DNA of 64,000 nt from NCBI GenBank assembly GCA_963664705.1, contig OY761556.1:2880001-2944000 (forward strand). Direction: 5' to 3'. Below, one piece after another: positions 32,233 to 43,110 of this stretch (positions within the stretch are counted from its first letter, which is position 1; each line of letters starts with the position of its first letter). The notes beneath the pieces are model-generated. The model made no database searches. It saw nothing but the letters and a program-made list of their open reading frames with translations, and was not told the DNA's origin. Made by a program: the position numbers and the translations under genes. The DNA comes from Acidobacteriota bacterium. Its GTDB lineage: Bacteria; Acidobacteriota; UBA6911.

Positions 32233-32770
32233 GTCCGTCTCCTTTGGCAATCCGTACCTGGTTATATTGTCCCTTGGCACTCTTCCCATGTTCCCGGTTA
32301 GGAATGGGCACCCAATGGCTCCACCACGCAGCCCTTGCCCGGTTTGACTACTGCTCCAGTGAATTGCAGGATCGTCCCGATTTCAAAATCAGTATGCCAA
32401 AGCGGTCCCAGGAGTGAGCCTGTTTTTGACGGCGTGGCGGCGTCCAGAATTGTCAATCGCCATCCCGACCACATAGCCTCGATTATCGTCTAAGGGAGAG
32501 TTTTTTGGCATCACATTAATGTCAAGACCTCGCTTTCTGACCCAGAGCCTTGGTTCGCAACCGCCCGAATTTGCGGGGCCAACAATTATTTGCCAACAAT
32601 TATTTGGCGCCGGCCTTGTACATGAATGATCCGGCTGTTGGGCTGTCTGCAGGCGAACAAACCAATGACGGCCAGCGCGGCATGCGCTTCAAGGCATTTA
32701 AAATCTCAATCCCGATGGCACTATCTTACATTGACGTATGACGCTCGATCCGAAGATGTGGCTTCCCTGG

Positions 32771-32798
32771 TTGTCCGGATGTCGCGTTCCAGGAAGTA
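32771..32798 (-). repeat. Class A site, inverted copy
   Basis: - strand TACTTCCTGGA|ACGCGAC|ATCCGGACAA. Confidence 0.6.
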
Positions 32799-32854
32799 TG
32801 AAATTTTAATTTCATGGGGGATTCAAGGACATTCCGGGTGGCAATAAATTCGCC

Positions 32855-33478
32855 TTATTCTCCGGGCTGCGCGGGGTAGGTCAGTATCGACAAGCCGGTT
32901 GCTATATCCGAGCGGTCTCGCCGCTTCGGGTGGGCGAGGTGAATCATATTTCTAAGTGGTTTTTCGCCTGTAGAAAAGGATCCGCTAATTGTTATCGAGA
33001 CGGAACTCCCGCAAGGATCATTGTCTTCGGTGCAGTATGTCCAGATTAAAACATCGATCTCCTGATTCGGCTTTGTTGTTATTGGCGTAACTGTATGTCC
33101 TAATTCACGCATCCAGAGAATAGATCGTTTTGGCTTTATCGAGAAAGAGAAGGTCTTTCGCGGACTCTCTATAATTCTGCCGGGCTCTGCACGACATACT
33201 GGGACCTTTGTTTTGAACGCCGTCACCCCGTCCAGCTGTGCTTCCAACACCATCGAAATTCCGGATCGTTCTGCACCCATTCCAGGGAGCCGCTCACAGA
33301 CAGCGGTAACAGCCCCCAAAAAAGTCAAGGCGGTGATCGGCAGTCGCGAGTTTAGAAGGGCTCTCAGCATGACGGCTTCCAGGGAGACAATTATTTCCAT
33401 ACTGTTAGACACACGAAAGTCACCGAAGGTTCCCACCATCTGAGTTGTCTTTGTCAAACGGCTCTGTCGAACCGTCAA
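32855..33478 (-). CDS. Hypothetical protein (start uncertain)
   Basis: 207-aa ORF filling the interval. Confidence 0.5.
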   Translation of the reverse strand: MTVRQSRLTKTTQMVGTFGDFRVSNSMEIIVSLEAVMLRALLNSRLPITALTFLGAVTAVCERLPGMGAERSGISMVLEAQLDGVTAFKTKVPVCRAEPGRIIESPRKTFSFSIKPKRSILWMRELGHTVTPITTKPNQEIDVLIWTYCTEDNDPCGSSVSITISGSFSTGEKPLRNMIHLAHPKRRDRSDIATGLSILTYPAQPGE

Positions 33479-33658
33479 ATATGTGCACGTATATCTTTAT
33501 GCTTATGGCTCGATGAATGAAGCAAAAGAACGCATGAAGGTGTATCCGGAGTTTTACAACAGCTTAATCACAGATCGTGTGATTCTCCGGGGCTTGCCCA
33601 AATCAACCTGTTTATGTTCGCGTTGGAATTGTGATATATAAGTTATTGAGGAATCCTG

Positions 33659-33670
33659 ATGCGGAACTAG
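33659..33670 (+). promoter_or_regulatory. Putative leader uORF (Met-Arg-Asn-stop) of the ABC-F gene
   Basis: GAGGA-6 nt-ATGCGGAACTAG, about 180 nt upstream of the ABC-F GTG. Confidence 0.45.
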
Positions 33671-33850
33671 CGACAAACTCTAGACAACGTTGTTGGGCAA
33701 CCAACCGCTTCTATTTCGGTCGGTATGGCAGCTGTTGTCTTGTTGCGTCGCGCGCATGAGGATGTTTTGCTTTCGCACTCCGGATCCCCGCCAACCCAAC
33801 AGACACGCAATGCACCATGCTCCTCCGACCGCGATTCAGAAGGAGGTAGC

Positions 33851-35365
33851 GTGACATCCCGATTTATTCTTTTCGACAATGTGTCATACCGTTATGAGTC
33901 TATGCCCGAGCCATTATTGCACGGCCTCAGTATAAGTTTTCCGACAGGCTGGACGGGCGTTGTTGGAGCAAACGGCACAGGAAAGACTACGGTGTTGAAA
34001 CTAGCCTGCGGTCTGCTGAGGCCAAGAGCCGGATTGATACAATCACCAGGAAGTGCTTCTTATTGCGCCCAGCGCACCGATGACCTTCCTGAGTTGTTTT
34101 TATCGCTCATTGAAGCCCTCGATGGTCCAGCTTGCGAGTTAAAAGGACGATTGGGCGTGCAAAGTGATTGGGGCCGGCGCTGGGACTCCCTCAGTCATGG
34201 CGAACGGAAGCGCGCACAGATAGCCGTCGCGCTCTGGCAGCAGCCGGCGGCGCTGGCGCTGGACGAACCCACCAACCATATCGATGTGGATGCGCGTGCA
34301 ATGCTCATCTCGGCTCTGCAAGACTATCGGGGGATCGGCCTGTTGGTAAGCCACGACCGTGATCTTCTTGACTCCTTGTGCCAACGCTGTCTCTTCCTTA
34401 ATCCGCCCGAGGCGGTCTTGCGCCAGGGCAACTACTCGTCCGGACGCCGCGAATTGACCCGGGAGGAGGAGCATGCACGGGACCTGAAGGAGCTTGCGAA
34501 GCAGCAGGTTGCGCGCTTGAAAACAGAAGTCGATAGGCGTGCTTCAAAAGCGCGGAACGCCGATCGCAGGCGTTCAAAAAGGGACTTGGATTTGAGAGAT
34601 CATGACGGGCGCAGGCGAATCGATTTCGCGCGATTGAGCGGAGTGGATGCTCATGCCGGCAAGTTGGCGAGGCAAATGCAATCCCGGCTGAACCGGGCTC
34701 GTCGTGTCGCAGAGGGAATCAATATCCGGAAACGATACGAACTTGGGATCTGGATTGAGGGAGAATGTTGCAGGCGTGACACACTATTCAGATTGGGCGC
34801 AGGCACTCTTCTGCTTGGAGGAGACCATAAACTCAGCCACCCTGACCTGACCATGCTGCCGTCAGATCGCATAGCCCTAACCGGCGCCAATGGGACGGGG
34901 AAAAGTACGCTCGTGTGCCGCATCCTGAACACAATCGATCTGCCGCCAGAGCGGCTGACCTACCTGCCCCAGGAGGTCGATGTAAAATCCTCCTGTAAAG
35001 TTTTGGCAGACATCCGGCGCCAACCGCCTGAAACGCTCGGGAAGATCATGAATGTGGTTAGCAGGCTCGGCTCGCGGCCGGATGCCTTACTGGACAGTGT
35101 CGAGCCTAGTCCGGGTGAACTTCGAAAGCTATTGCTGGCCATTGGTATCGCCTTGCGGCCCTATCTAATCATTATGGATGAACCGACCAATCACCTTGAT
35201 CTGCCTTCGATTGAGTGCCTGGAGGAAGCGCTAGCCGACTGTCCCTGTGGTCTGTTGCTGGTCAGTCATGACGGGCAGTTTCTGCGGCGACTTACGCAAA
35301 TACGCTGGCATATCACTCGAGTGGCATCCGATGAGCCTAATCAGATGCTGCTGAGCGTAACCTAA
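33851..35365 (+). CDS. ABC-F family ribosome-associated ATPase
   Basis: Two NBDs (GANGTGKT/LSHGE/LDEPTNHID; GANGTGKS/SPGE/MDEPTNHLD), no TM segments, long basic linker; AGGAGG then GTG. Confidence 0.9.
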   Translation: MTSRFILFDNVSYRYESMPEPLLHGLSISFPTGWTGVVGANGTGKTTVLKLACGLLRPRAGLIQSPGSASYCAQRTDDLPELFLSLIEALDGPACELKGRLGVQSDWGRRWDSLSHGERKRAQIAVALWQQPAALALDEPTNHIDVDARAMLISALQDYRGIGLLVSHDRDLLDSLCQRCLFLNPPEAVLRQGNYSSGRRELTREEEHARDLKELAKQQVARLKTEVDRRASKARNADRRRSKRDLDLRDHDGRRRIDFARLSGVDAHAGKLARQMQSRLNRARRVAEGINIRKRYELGIWIEGECCRRDTLFRLGAGTLLLGGDHKLSHPDLTMLPSDRIALTGANGTGKSTLVCRILNTIDLPPERLTYLPQEVDVKSSCKVLADIRRQPPETLGKIMNVVSRLGSRPDALLDSVEPSPGELRKLLLAIGIALRPYLIIMDEPTNHLDLPSIECLEEALADCPCGLLLVSHDGQFLRRLTQIRWHITRVASDEPNQMLLSVT

Positions 35366-35616
35366 CCCCATTTTCACAGCCTGTAAGAAGCGCCGGAGGA
35401 ATTTAAAATCTAAGACTTCGCGGGACTTGGCTCCGTCCTTTATGCCCTGAGGCTTCCAAAGAGTCGATCATGATTGTGCTGGCTACGAGAGATCGTCTCA
35501 TTGATAATTACTTGCAGCATACACCGCCGGCACGCGCGTGAAGATGTCGACTACTTTGCGGGCTGCAGACGAGTATTGGCCATTGTTGGTTAGCAGGAAC
35601 CTTAGCGAGGACGACC

Positions 35617-37098
35617 GTGAGAACGTTAGGATTGAGCGTGATCTTCCTGGTGTGGGGAGCATTTGTTCAGGCAGGGGACTTCGATCGAAAAGCGTGGTTG
35701 AGTGACTATGCGAGATTGAAGCAGGCCTTAGAGAAGAGCTATTCGAACCTCGCATGGTTTGCTTCGCCTGAGGGAGGAGTAGACTTGCCCGCTCTCGATA
35801 GACGCACCTTGGCAGCTTTGAAGGCTGCCGGCAGCGACGAAGACGCTCGAAGCGCCATTCTCACTTTTGTCCGGGGTTTTCACGACGGCCATTTCTCACA
35901 ACTTGCAATGCTTGCTCCTGCCTCCAGCGCTCATAACGCCATACCTGACGATCCAGTCTATGCGCGGCAGGATGCCGCCAGCGGTTGCGCCGCGCTGGGT
36001 TATGCACCCAATGGAAGCGTCGCCTTCTCACTAAAATTTGAATCACTGCCAGGCTTTTCCCTTTTAGAAGATGGAATCTCACAACCGTTTCGTGCAGGAA
36101 TCCTGACGTCCGGAACTCCGCCCGTCCGCCTCGGGATCGTGCGAATACCGCGTTTCGAGGCAACATCCCATCCAAGCGTTTGCATGGAAGCATGGCTGAG
36201 GAGCGACGTTTGGAACGAGCAAGGAAAATTCGTCGGCAGTGCGCTGGCCCAGGCGGCCGGACAGAATTGGTACCAGGCGTTAGCGACTATCCTGCATCGA
36301 TTTAAAACCCTGGGAGCAGCAGCAGTCATGGTGGACATCAGCAATAATTCAGGCGGCGATGATTCGGGGGATATCGCGGCCCGGCTTTTCACTGCCATCC
36401 CGCTCCATTCTGCGCCCTTATGGATGAGCCAAGACCCCAAGTCGTCCATGGAGTACTTCGACGAACAGATGCAGGCATTGAACCACATACTTGAGATCGA
36501 CTCGCAAAATGTCCAAGCGAAGGAATCTCTCTCCCGTTTCACTTCACAAAAAGCCAAGCTATCCAGGGCGAATTGTGCGATGGATTGGGTATGGCGGGAG
36601 CAGCGCTCGTGGAAAGCGCAAACGTGCCGGAGGCTCCTCGAAGCGGGATCGGCGGGTGGGCCGCTTTCCTATCTTCCGCTCAACAGTGGCACGGATCCGC
36701 GTGTTGCCTACGATCTCCACTGGCCGGCAATGGTGACATCGTACTGGGGATCCTGGAGCGGACCACTCTACGTGCTCACTAACTCCCGAACCTATTCTGC
36801 TGCCGAAATGTTCGCGGCCGTTCTGCAGAACAATCATGCCGCAAAAATCATTGGAGGCCGGACGGGCGGGGATGGCTGCGGTTTCATGAACAGTCCTGAA
36901 CCGGTCACGCTTCCGCACTCAGGGTTGCGCTTCCGCGTCCCAAACTGCGTTCGCATCCGAGTCGACGGAACCGATGAAGTCGCTGGGATCCAACCCGACA
37001 TTCCCGTCCTGCAGGCGGCAGGAGAAAATTCGCGCGCATTTGCCGCGCGAGTCCTGGACCAGTTGCTGGCCGACCTGCAACGGAACCAGGCAAAATGA
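35617..37098 (+). CDS. Secreted S41-family peptidase
   Basis: Signal peptide; DGH, VDISNNSGG, TYSAAEMFA, GIQPD. Confidence 0.85.
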   Translation: MRTLGLSVIFLVWGAFVQAGDFDRKAWLSDYARLKQALEKSYSNLAWFASPEGGVDLPALDRRTLAALKAAGSDEDARSAILTFVRGFHDGHFSQLAMLAPASSAHNAIPDDPVYARQDAASGCAALGYAPNGSVAFSLKFESLPGFSLLEDGISQPFRAGILTSGTPPVRLGIVRIPRFEATSHPSVCMEAWLRSDVWNEQGKFVGSALAQAAGQNWYQALATILHRFKTLGAAAVMVDISNNSGGDDSGDIAARLFTAIPLHSAPLWMSQDPKSSMEYFDEQMQALNHILEIDSQNVQAKESLSRFTSQKAKLSRANCAMDWVWREQRSWKAQTCRRLLEAGSAGGPLSYLPLNSGTDPRVAYDLHWPAMVTSYWGSWSGPLYVLTNSRTYSAAEMFAAVLQNNHAAKIIGGRTGGDGCGFMNSPEPVTLPHSGLRFRVPNCVRIRVDGTDEVAGIQPDIPVLQAAGENSRAFAARVLDQLLADLQRNQAK

Positions 37099-37222
37099 TC
37101 GGCTCAATGCGCGAGAAATTCGTGGGATTCGTCTTAAGAATGCTTCACCTAATCTTCCGTCCTGCGTTCCACTCGCAAACTCCAACGCAAGCGTAAAAAC
37201 CAGCGGTCGTTCTAGCGGCCAA

Positions 37223-37264
37223 CATTCTGGCGCAATTTTTCATATTGGGACTGCGGGACAATTG
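37223..37264 (+). repeat. Class A site
   Basis: CATTCTGGCGCAATTTTTCATA|TTGGGAC|TGCGGGACAATT. Confidence 0.6.
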
Positions 37265-37472
37265 CATTGTGATTCCGAGACATTTGCCCTCCAGGGAGGA
37301 TCTCCGGACCCGAAACGAGATTTTGTATCCTGCAGAAACTTGGCTATGGAGTAGATGCAATATTCGATTCTATTTGCTCTTGAATTTTTCAATCATATGA
37401 TGATAAGTCCCAATTTACGACCATCCTGGAAACGCAAACCGCAGTAGAATGCAGTGTGGTCGGCAGCAGATA

Positions 37473-37512
37473 TACATTTTGGCGTTATCTCCCACGAGGG
37501 GACTTTTTAGGA
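37473..37512 (+). repeat. Class A site
   Basis: TACATTTTGGCGTTATCTCCCACG|AGGGGAC|TTTTTAGGA. Confidence 0.8.
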
Positions 37513-37552
37513 TTTGCAGGCCCCCTTCATCTACATCGAGATCGGATAGGAG

Positions 37553-37945
37553 ATGAATATGAAAAAGGTAGCACTGCTGATACTGCTTGTTGCGCTGCCG
37601 TCCTACGCACAAGAAAAGAAGGGGCCGATAATGGAGAAGGCTCTTGTGCTATCGCAGCAATTAGGCGGCCTGCCTGGCTGGCTCACGCCACGGACTCCCT
37701 CGCCAGAGATGCTGGCACACGGCAACATGATGCCCCTGGGATCGAAGTCGCGCTTGGTCAATATTCTGCGGGTGCGGGTTGGGAACCTGGAAATGACATG
37801 GAGGGAAGAAGGAAAATTCGCGGTTCTCTGTCGGCCCAATGAGGCAATCCAGTTCTACCGCGATGGCGAGGTGATGGTTGTGACCGACAGCGCGAAGATA
37901 AAGCATAATTTCTGGGTGGTGGTTAGAAGGAAGCTGCCCCAATAA
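37553..37945 (+). CDS. Secreted hypothetical protein
   Basis: Signal peptide MKKVALLILLVALPSYA; RBS AGGAG. Confidence 0.7.
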   Translation: MNMKKVALLILLVALPSYAQEKKGPIMEKALVLSQQLGGLPGWLTPRTPSPEMLAHGNMMPLGSKSRLVNILRVRVGNLEMTWREEGKFAVLCRPNEAIQFYRDGEVMVVTDSAKIKHNFWVVVRRKLPQ

Positions 37946-37984
37946 AAAAAGGAGCGGATAGCTTAACATGAACTCCAATGAGTT

Positions 37985-39082
37985 TTATGGCAAATTGCCG
38001 ATAAAAGCCTTCATTTCCTTCAGCACTTCTGCTTCGTTTGAAATATAGATTCCATGTTCGGCATTGGGCCAAACTATAACCTTCGCAGACGGAATCTTTT
38101 TCTTGATTGCTTCGAGGATTTTTTCGTTGGCCACGACGGATTTTTGGGCATAAAGTGCCAGCAAAGGCACCTTAATATCTGTATATTTCCGCCATCCGAC
38201 ATACATCAATAAAACTGGGGTTGGCGCCTTAGCGGCTTTAAGATTCTCAATGCTGCGCTTTGTGATCTCAGTGAATTGATCCGAATAGGATTCATCATAA
38301 AAAGCATACATCCATGCCGCATCAAGATAAACCAGCCCGGCTAACTTTTTGGGGTGTCGGGATGCTACCGAGCTCAATTCCTCACCTGCCAAAGAGTGCC
38401 CCACAAGCACCGGGCGTTTAAGCCTGAGAGCTTTAATCACAGCAAACACATCGTCTCCCAATCGATCAGCGTCATATCCGGCTAGGGGAATGCTGGATTC
38501 TCCAAATCCACGCCTGGAAATTCCATAGACATGATACCCCGCACTGACAAGCTTGGGCGCAAACTTGTCGAATGTGTGGGCATCATTGCCTGCACCCGCC
38601 AACAGAATCAACGCCTTCCCGGAACCACCCCAATCCAATACCTCCAATCTTACATTTGTATCAACCTTGATGAACTGCACGCGGTGGTTGCCTTCATCTG
38701 TCTTCCATTCATTATCCTTGTTTGCACGCTGGAGGCTGATCGGGACAGATAATTGATTCCATTTGTATATCCCGTTAAAGACAGTCCCATCCAGGCTTAA
38801 CCTTCCCTCATAGGATCCTTTTCCATCATCCCAGATAAGTTTGATATTGGGATCCAGCCAATCTATCGAATCCATTATTAGCGACTGTGGTATCGGATCC
38901 AGGGAATATGCCTTGCCTGCCCAGGCGCCGGAGTAGCCCTTGTATATTTTCAACACAATGCGGGATTCCTGAGGACCAAATTTGAGCTTTGTTTGCCAAT
39001 TCCCAGAAATGTCCTGCCGGCTGAATGAAAGCTGCGTGATCAGCAATATTCCAAGGAGAGTGGCCAAACGAATTACTTTCAT
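37985..39082 (-). CDS. Secreted alpha/beta hydrolase
   Basis: Signal peptide; RRGFGES, GHSLAG nucleophile elbow, C-terminal His. Confidence 0.9.
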   Translation of the reverse strand: MKVIRLATLLGILLITQLSFSRQDISGNWQTKLKFGPQESRIVLKIYKGYSGAWAGKAYSLDPIPQSLIMDSIDWLDPNIKLIWDDGKGSYEGRLSLDGTVFNGIYKWNQLSVPISLQRANKDNEWKTDEGNHRVQFIKVDTNVRLEVLDWGGSGKALILLAGAGNDAHTFDKFAPKLVSAGYHVYGISRRGFGESSIPLAGYDADRLGDDVFAVIKALRLKRPVLVGHSLAGEELSSVASRHPKKLAGLVYLDAAWMYAFYDESYSDQFTEITKRSIENLKAAKAPTPVLLMYVGWRKYTDIKVPLLALYAQKSVVANEKILEAIKKKIPSAKVIVWPNAEHGIYISNEAEVLKEMKAFIGNLP

Positions 39083-39532
39083 GATAGCTCCTTTATCTAA
39101 GAATGCGGTCGTCCAACTGTTCCTGAGAATGTGATTGCCCTATTCCTATATCTTATGGAATTCACAGTCAAACATTAACATGAATGGGATCAGTTCATTC
39201 TGTTATGGTTTCGCTGGAATCCATGAATCCCTACTAGACCGCTTGAAACAGAGAGTGAAGCTGTTCAATCTGCGAAAGGTACCCTTGATTTTGACTACCA
39301 TGATTCCAAGGAGGATGTGGCAATCAGTCCTGACTGACCTTGGATAAGGGCTCTTGTGTGGGTTCCTGAGGAATGGCTGGAAGCGGAGAAATAAAAAATA
39401 TTCATTTCGGTCTAGCGAAAGCTGCCACTCAATGTAGCTTTAACTTTTGCAATCAAGTCCTTATCATGACGCAGACAAGGGACTGTCACGGCGCTACACC
39501 GAAAAGCGGGAAATCAAATCAGGGCATGAATT

Positions 39533-39949
39533 ATGAAATCAGATCTCCAGCAGAAAGAAATCGAATCAGCAATAGATCAGGCCCACGCAAACGCACAATC
39601 CACTTTTGATGAAAAAAATCTGGATCGCTACATGGCAGGATTCTCTCGGAATTTGGTTTACAAACAACTAAATGGAAAGATCATTAAGTGGGAGCAGCTA
39701 AGAAAGGATGTAGCCTCTCAGTTTGCCCGGCTTTCAAAGGTGGAATCCAAATTTATCCGCGAAAGAATTGAATACAAGGGATCGAATGTTGTCGAATACG
39801 TCACTCAGAATGCTACCGCTGAGGAGAGAGTATTTTTCGTATTCAAACGGATCTGGCGGATTCGCCGTCGCGGTATTTATACGTGGTCTAAGGTCAATTC
39901 CGAATGGGTGATTTCGAAAGTCGACGTTTTGGAAGAGAATATCCGATAA
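39533..39949 (+). CDS. NTF2/SnoaL-like hypothetical protein
   Basis: 138 aa, helix then beta strands ending W.I; fold call tentative. Confidence 0.55.
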   Translation: MKSDLQQKEIESAIDQAHANAQSTFDEKNLDRYMAGFSRNLVYKQLNGKIIKWEQLRKDVASQFARLSKVESKFIRERIEYKGSNVVEYVTQNATAEERVFFVFKRIWRIRRRGIYTWSKVNSEWVISKVDVLEENIR

Positions 39950-40062
39950 CCGTTGTGAATTTGAGAAAACTCAAACCAGAGCTGTACAGAGTGCCGCAGG
40001 AATGAATTTCACCTTCTTGAAGCAACATCCTGGCCGAGATGAGTGGATTGGTTGTCTTGTCT

Positions 40063-40488
40063 CTATTTGTCCGGTTGCTCGGTCATCAGTCCCCAACGAA
40101 ATCCAAACCTGTCGATAAAAGATACCGTACAGGAACTATAGGTCGTACTTCTCATTGGAACAAGTGTGGTACTACCTTCGGCAAGGATCCCATAGGCTCT
40201 CTGCACTTGTTCTTTCGTCTCGAACGTAATCGTCAGGAAAAATGAAGTGCCTTTGATCAGTTCAAATTCGATTATATCGGAAAACATCAATCGTTGGGAT
40301 CCGATCTTCATTTCCGCATGATAGACCATATCCTTCTGTTTCTCGGTCAACGGTCCGTCCCAATCTTGTTTTTTTGCGTCAGAATAATGAAGAATAAAAT
40401 CTGCTTTCGTTACAAATGCTTTTTCGTACAGGTGAATGGCTTCTTCACAATTCCCTTGAAGATTGATGACCGGAGTAACAATAGGCAT
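40063..40488 (-). CDS. VOC/PhnB-family protein
   Basis: GNCEEAI.LY..AF, VYHAEM.IG, DRFG.RW. Confidence 0.85.
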   Translation of the reverse strand: MPIVTPVINLQGNCEEAIHLYEKAFVTKADFILHYSDAKKQDWDGPLTEKQKDMVYHAEMKIGSQRLMFSDIIEFELIKGTSFFLTITFETKEQVQRAYGILAEGSTTLVPMRSTTYSSCTVSFIDRFGFRWGLMTEQPDK

Positions 40489-40579
40489 ATGGGTTATCTC
40501 CTGTAGCAATTTGGGGACATACTCAATCCTGTGTGAAGCCTATGTCAAGATCATTCAGTTTCGTTGATTATAACCATAC

Positions 40580-42541
40580 CTAATATCTCCCAATCAGCCT
40601 TGAAGCCGCATATGCGGTGCTGGTTGCATAAAGGATGTTTGCGGTTTTCCGGCATTCGCCGATCATGTGAAATTCCTTTGCGCAGCGGCTGAATTTCAAG
40701 GCTTCATCATGGAGCGGTTTCATACCAACGGCATATATCACCGCGTCGGCGGCATAAAATACCTCGCCATCCGGGCCCTGGCATTTTACGCCGTCATGGG
40801 TGATCTCAACAGCCTTCGTATTAAAGTAGATTGGTATATTTTTCTGAGCTACCCTATCGCAAATGGCCATCTTGTGCGTGCTGTTGCCACCGTCGCTGAT
40901 ATCACCGAGCATTTCAGCGATTTCGGCGTCGATTCCTAAGTCTTTGAGATAAATGGCCAGCTCTGTACCGGCAAAACCAGCCCCGAGAATAACAACTCTC
41001 CCTTTAACAAGCGACGGGTTTTTGTACACATCCATCGCCTGATACACGTTAGGGTTGTTGATCCCTGGGATGCTCGGCGTTACCGGGGCTGAACCGACAG
41101 CCGCAATAATGACGTCCGGGCTTTCCATCTGCGCGTATTCCAGCGTCACCTCCGTATTCAGCCTCAGATCAATATTCGATTTCGCTATCAGCGCTCGCTG
41201 CAGCAGTATGTAATGATGCAAATCCTGCTTAAACGACACTTCGGCTTCGCACAGGATTCCTCCGCCGAGTTCGCTGCTCTTTTCACACAAAACCACGTCA
41301 TGCCCGTTTTTACTCGCGGTTATAGCCGCCTGCATTCCGGCGATACCGCCGCCGATCACGAGCACACGCTGCTTTAATGGCGTGGGAAGGGCCCTGTACA
41401 CCTCGCGTTCTCGGCCTATTTCGGGGTTGATGGCGCAAATGAGCTCGCCGTGAAACACGCCATTGGCAAAACAGCTTAGGCAGCGCATACATCTGCGTAT
41501 TTCATCGACAAGACCGCGCCGCACCTTATTCGGGAACTCGGGGTCGCAGACAAGCGCACGGCCCATATAAATAATATCCGCTTTCCCCGTTGCCAGGATT
41601 TGCTCCATTTGATAAGGGTCGCTCAGGCCGCCGACAGTAGCGACGAGAGATTTTCTGACATGCTTTTTGACTTCCGCCGCGTATTCGACGTTGACGCCAT
41701 GTGGATAAAACATGCTGACGTGGGTGCGCGAGAATGTTTCGGCCCCGAATCTATTGATCGCGCCAACTGAGACATGGATGATATCCGCGTGCCCGTCGAG
41801 CTGCTCGGCGATTCGGCAGCCTTCGTCAATGCCGTAGCCGTCCTTGACTATTTCGCTGCCGCTGATTCGAATTTCCACGGGAAAATCCTGGCCGCAGCGC
41901 TGCTTGATTTGATCGATTGCCATGACTGCGAAGCGGCAGCGGTTTTCCGTACTGCCGCCCCATCGGTCAGTTCTGGTGTTTAAGGCCGGCGACATAAACT
42001 GCTGCAGGCCGAAGCCATGGGCGCCATGCAGGCATATCATTTCAAAACCGGCATTTTTCGCGGCAAATGCCGCATTTCCAAACTCGCCTATAATCTGGAG
42101 GATTTTCTCTTCAGGCATTGCGGCGATTTTTTTGCCGAATGGCTGGTCCATGTCGACCGGCCCCCAGGCGGGTTTATCGCCTCCCGTATACATACGGGCA
42201 TGGATGCCCGCAAAGCACAGCTCTAAGACAGGGACAGCACCCTGACGTTTTACCGCGCTTGCCAGTCGCGCGTAGTTATAATTGCTCATCCGGGTGATCT
42301 CACGGGGATACCGCCCTTCCCGATAATCTTCAGGGTCCACATCGGCTTCTCCGTACGTAACTGCCGCCGCACCGCCCATCGCCTTCCTTTCAAAATATGC
42401 GACCGCCTCAAGCGAAGGTTGACCATCGGGTATAATTTCAGCCGAGTTAACCGGTGCAGCGAACATCCTGTTACGGAATAGTACATTCCCTATTTTCAGT
42501 GGAGATATCAGGTGCGAAAACGATTCAAATGCATTTACCAT
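40580..42541 (-). CDS. NADH:flavin oxidoreductase (old-yellow-enzyme/2,4-dienoyl-CoA reductase type)
   Basis: LHGAHG..LQQF.SP..N.RTD.WGGS.ENR; CMRCLSC...CAINP; VIGGGIAG. Confidence 0.9.
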   Translation of the reverse strand: MVNAFESFSHLISPLKIGNVLFRNRMFAAPVNSAEIIPDGQPSLEAVAYFERKAMGGAAAVTYGEADVDPEDYREGRYPREITRMSNYNYARLASAVKRQGAVPVLELCFAGIHARMYTGGDKPAWGPVDMDQPFGKKIAAMPEEKILQIIGEFGNAAFAAKNAGFEMICLHGAHGFGLQQFMSPALNTRTDRWGGSTENRCRFAVMAIDQIKQRCGQDFPVEIRISGSEIVKDGYGIDEGCRIAEQLDGHADIIHVSVGAINRFGAETFSRTHVSMFYPHGVNVEYAAEVKKHVRKSLVATVGGLSDPYQMEQILATGKADIIYMGRALVCDPEFPNKVRRGLVDEIRRCMRCLSCFANGVFHGELICAINPEIGREREVYRALPTPLKQRVLVIGGGIAGMQAAITASKNGHDVVLCEKSSELGGGILCEAEVSFKQDLHHYILLQRALIAKSNIDLRLNTEVTLEYAQMESPDVIIAAVGSAPVTPSIPGINNPNVYQAMDVYKNPSLVKGRVVILGAGFAGTELAIYLKDLGIDAEIAEMLGDISDGGNSTHKMAICDRVAQKNIPIYFNTKAVEITHDGVKCQGPDGEVFYAADAVIYAVGMKPLHDEALKFSRCAKEFHMIGECRKTANILYATSTAYAASRLIGRY

Positions 42542-42569
42542 GGTAAATCACCCTCCCTTTTTTAAAAAT

Positions 42570-42695
42570 GAAGCTCCCCGCAACCTGCGGTGGGGTATCA
42601 AGCGGAATTCGTCAATAGCCAACCCTCCTTCCCTTTTCGAGTTACGGCGGGTTCACATTGCCATTCATCCCTGCGGCAAGCCACAGGGTATTCTG
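42570..42695. repeat. Possible dispersed REP/MITE-like repeat
   Basis: GC-rich hairpins at both ends (CCCCGCAACCTGCGGTGGGG; CCCTGCGGCAAGCCACAGGG), each followed by GTAT. Confidence 0.35.
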
Positions 42696-42915
42696 CAATG
42701 TAGGGGTGCCCGGACGCTCTCGAAATCCATTTCAAAAGCCTTCATTTCTGGTTAGGATACCAGCGAATTCGATCAATTGGGCAATTTATAACCCCGAAGC
42801 CTACATAAGGCATACATATCATGACTTCTGAGACTGTCATGGCATGCGGACCCGGAGGTAATTGGGCAGCCTATTTCGCCTATCCATGCGGAAAGCCTGC
42901 AAATTGCAATGGTCG

Positions 42916-42944
42916 ACAATTCCTCCAATGCGACTTCCATGGGA
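42916..42944 (+). repeat. Class A site
   Basis: ACAATTCCTCCA|ATGCGAC|TTCCATGGGA. Confidence 0.65.
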
Positions 42945-43110
42945 ATTGTCCGAATATCTGTCCATTAGCAAACGTAACGCATTACCTATGTTGATTTGAT
43001 GTTTATCTTTGCCGGTAAGCTGCGCATCTCGCGCACATATTTTCCAATGATATAATGGGCATTGACCCACAAATTAACTTAAGTTCGAGTTCCGAAATTC
43101 GGAGGAACGG

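Noticed and set aside
35405-35426. Half site TAAGAC|TTCGCGGGAC (similar weak hits near 46210, 46750 and 54005)
   Set aside because: Only one arm matches; possibly decayed sites, not counted
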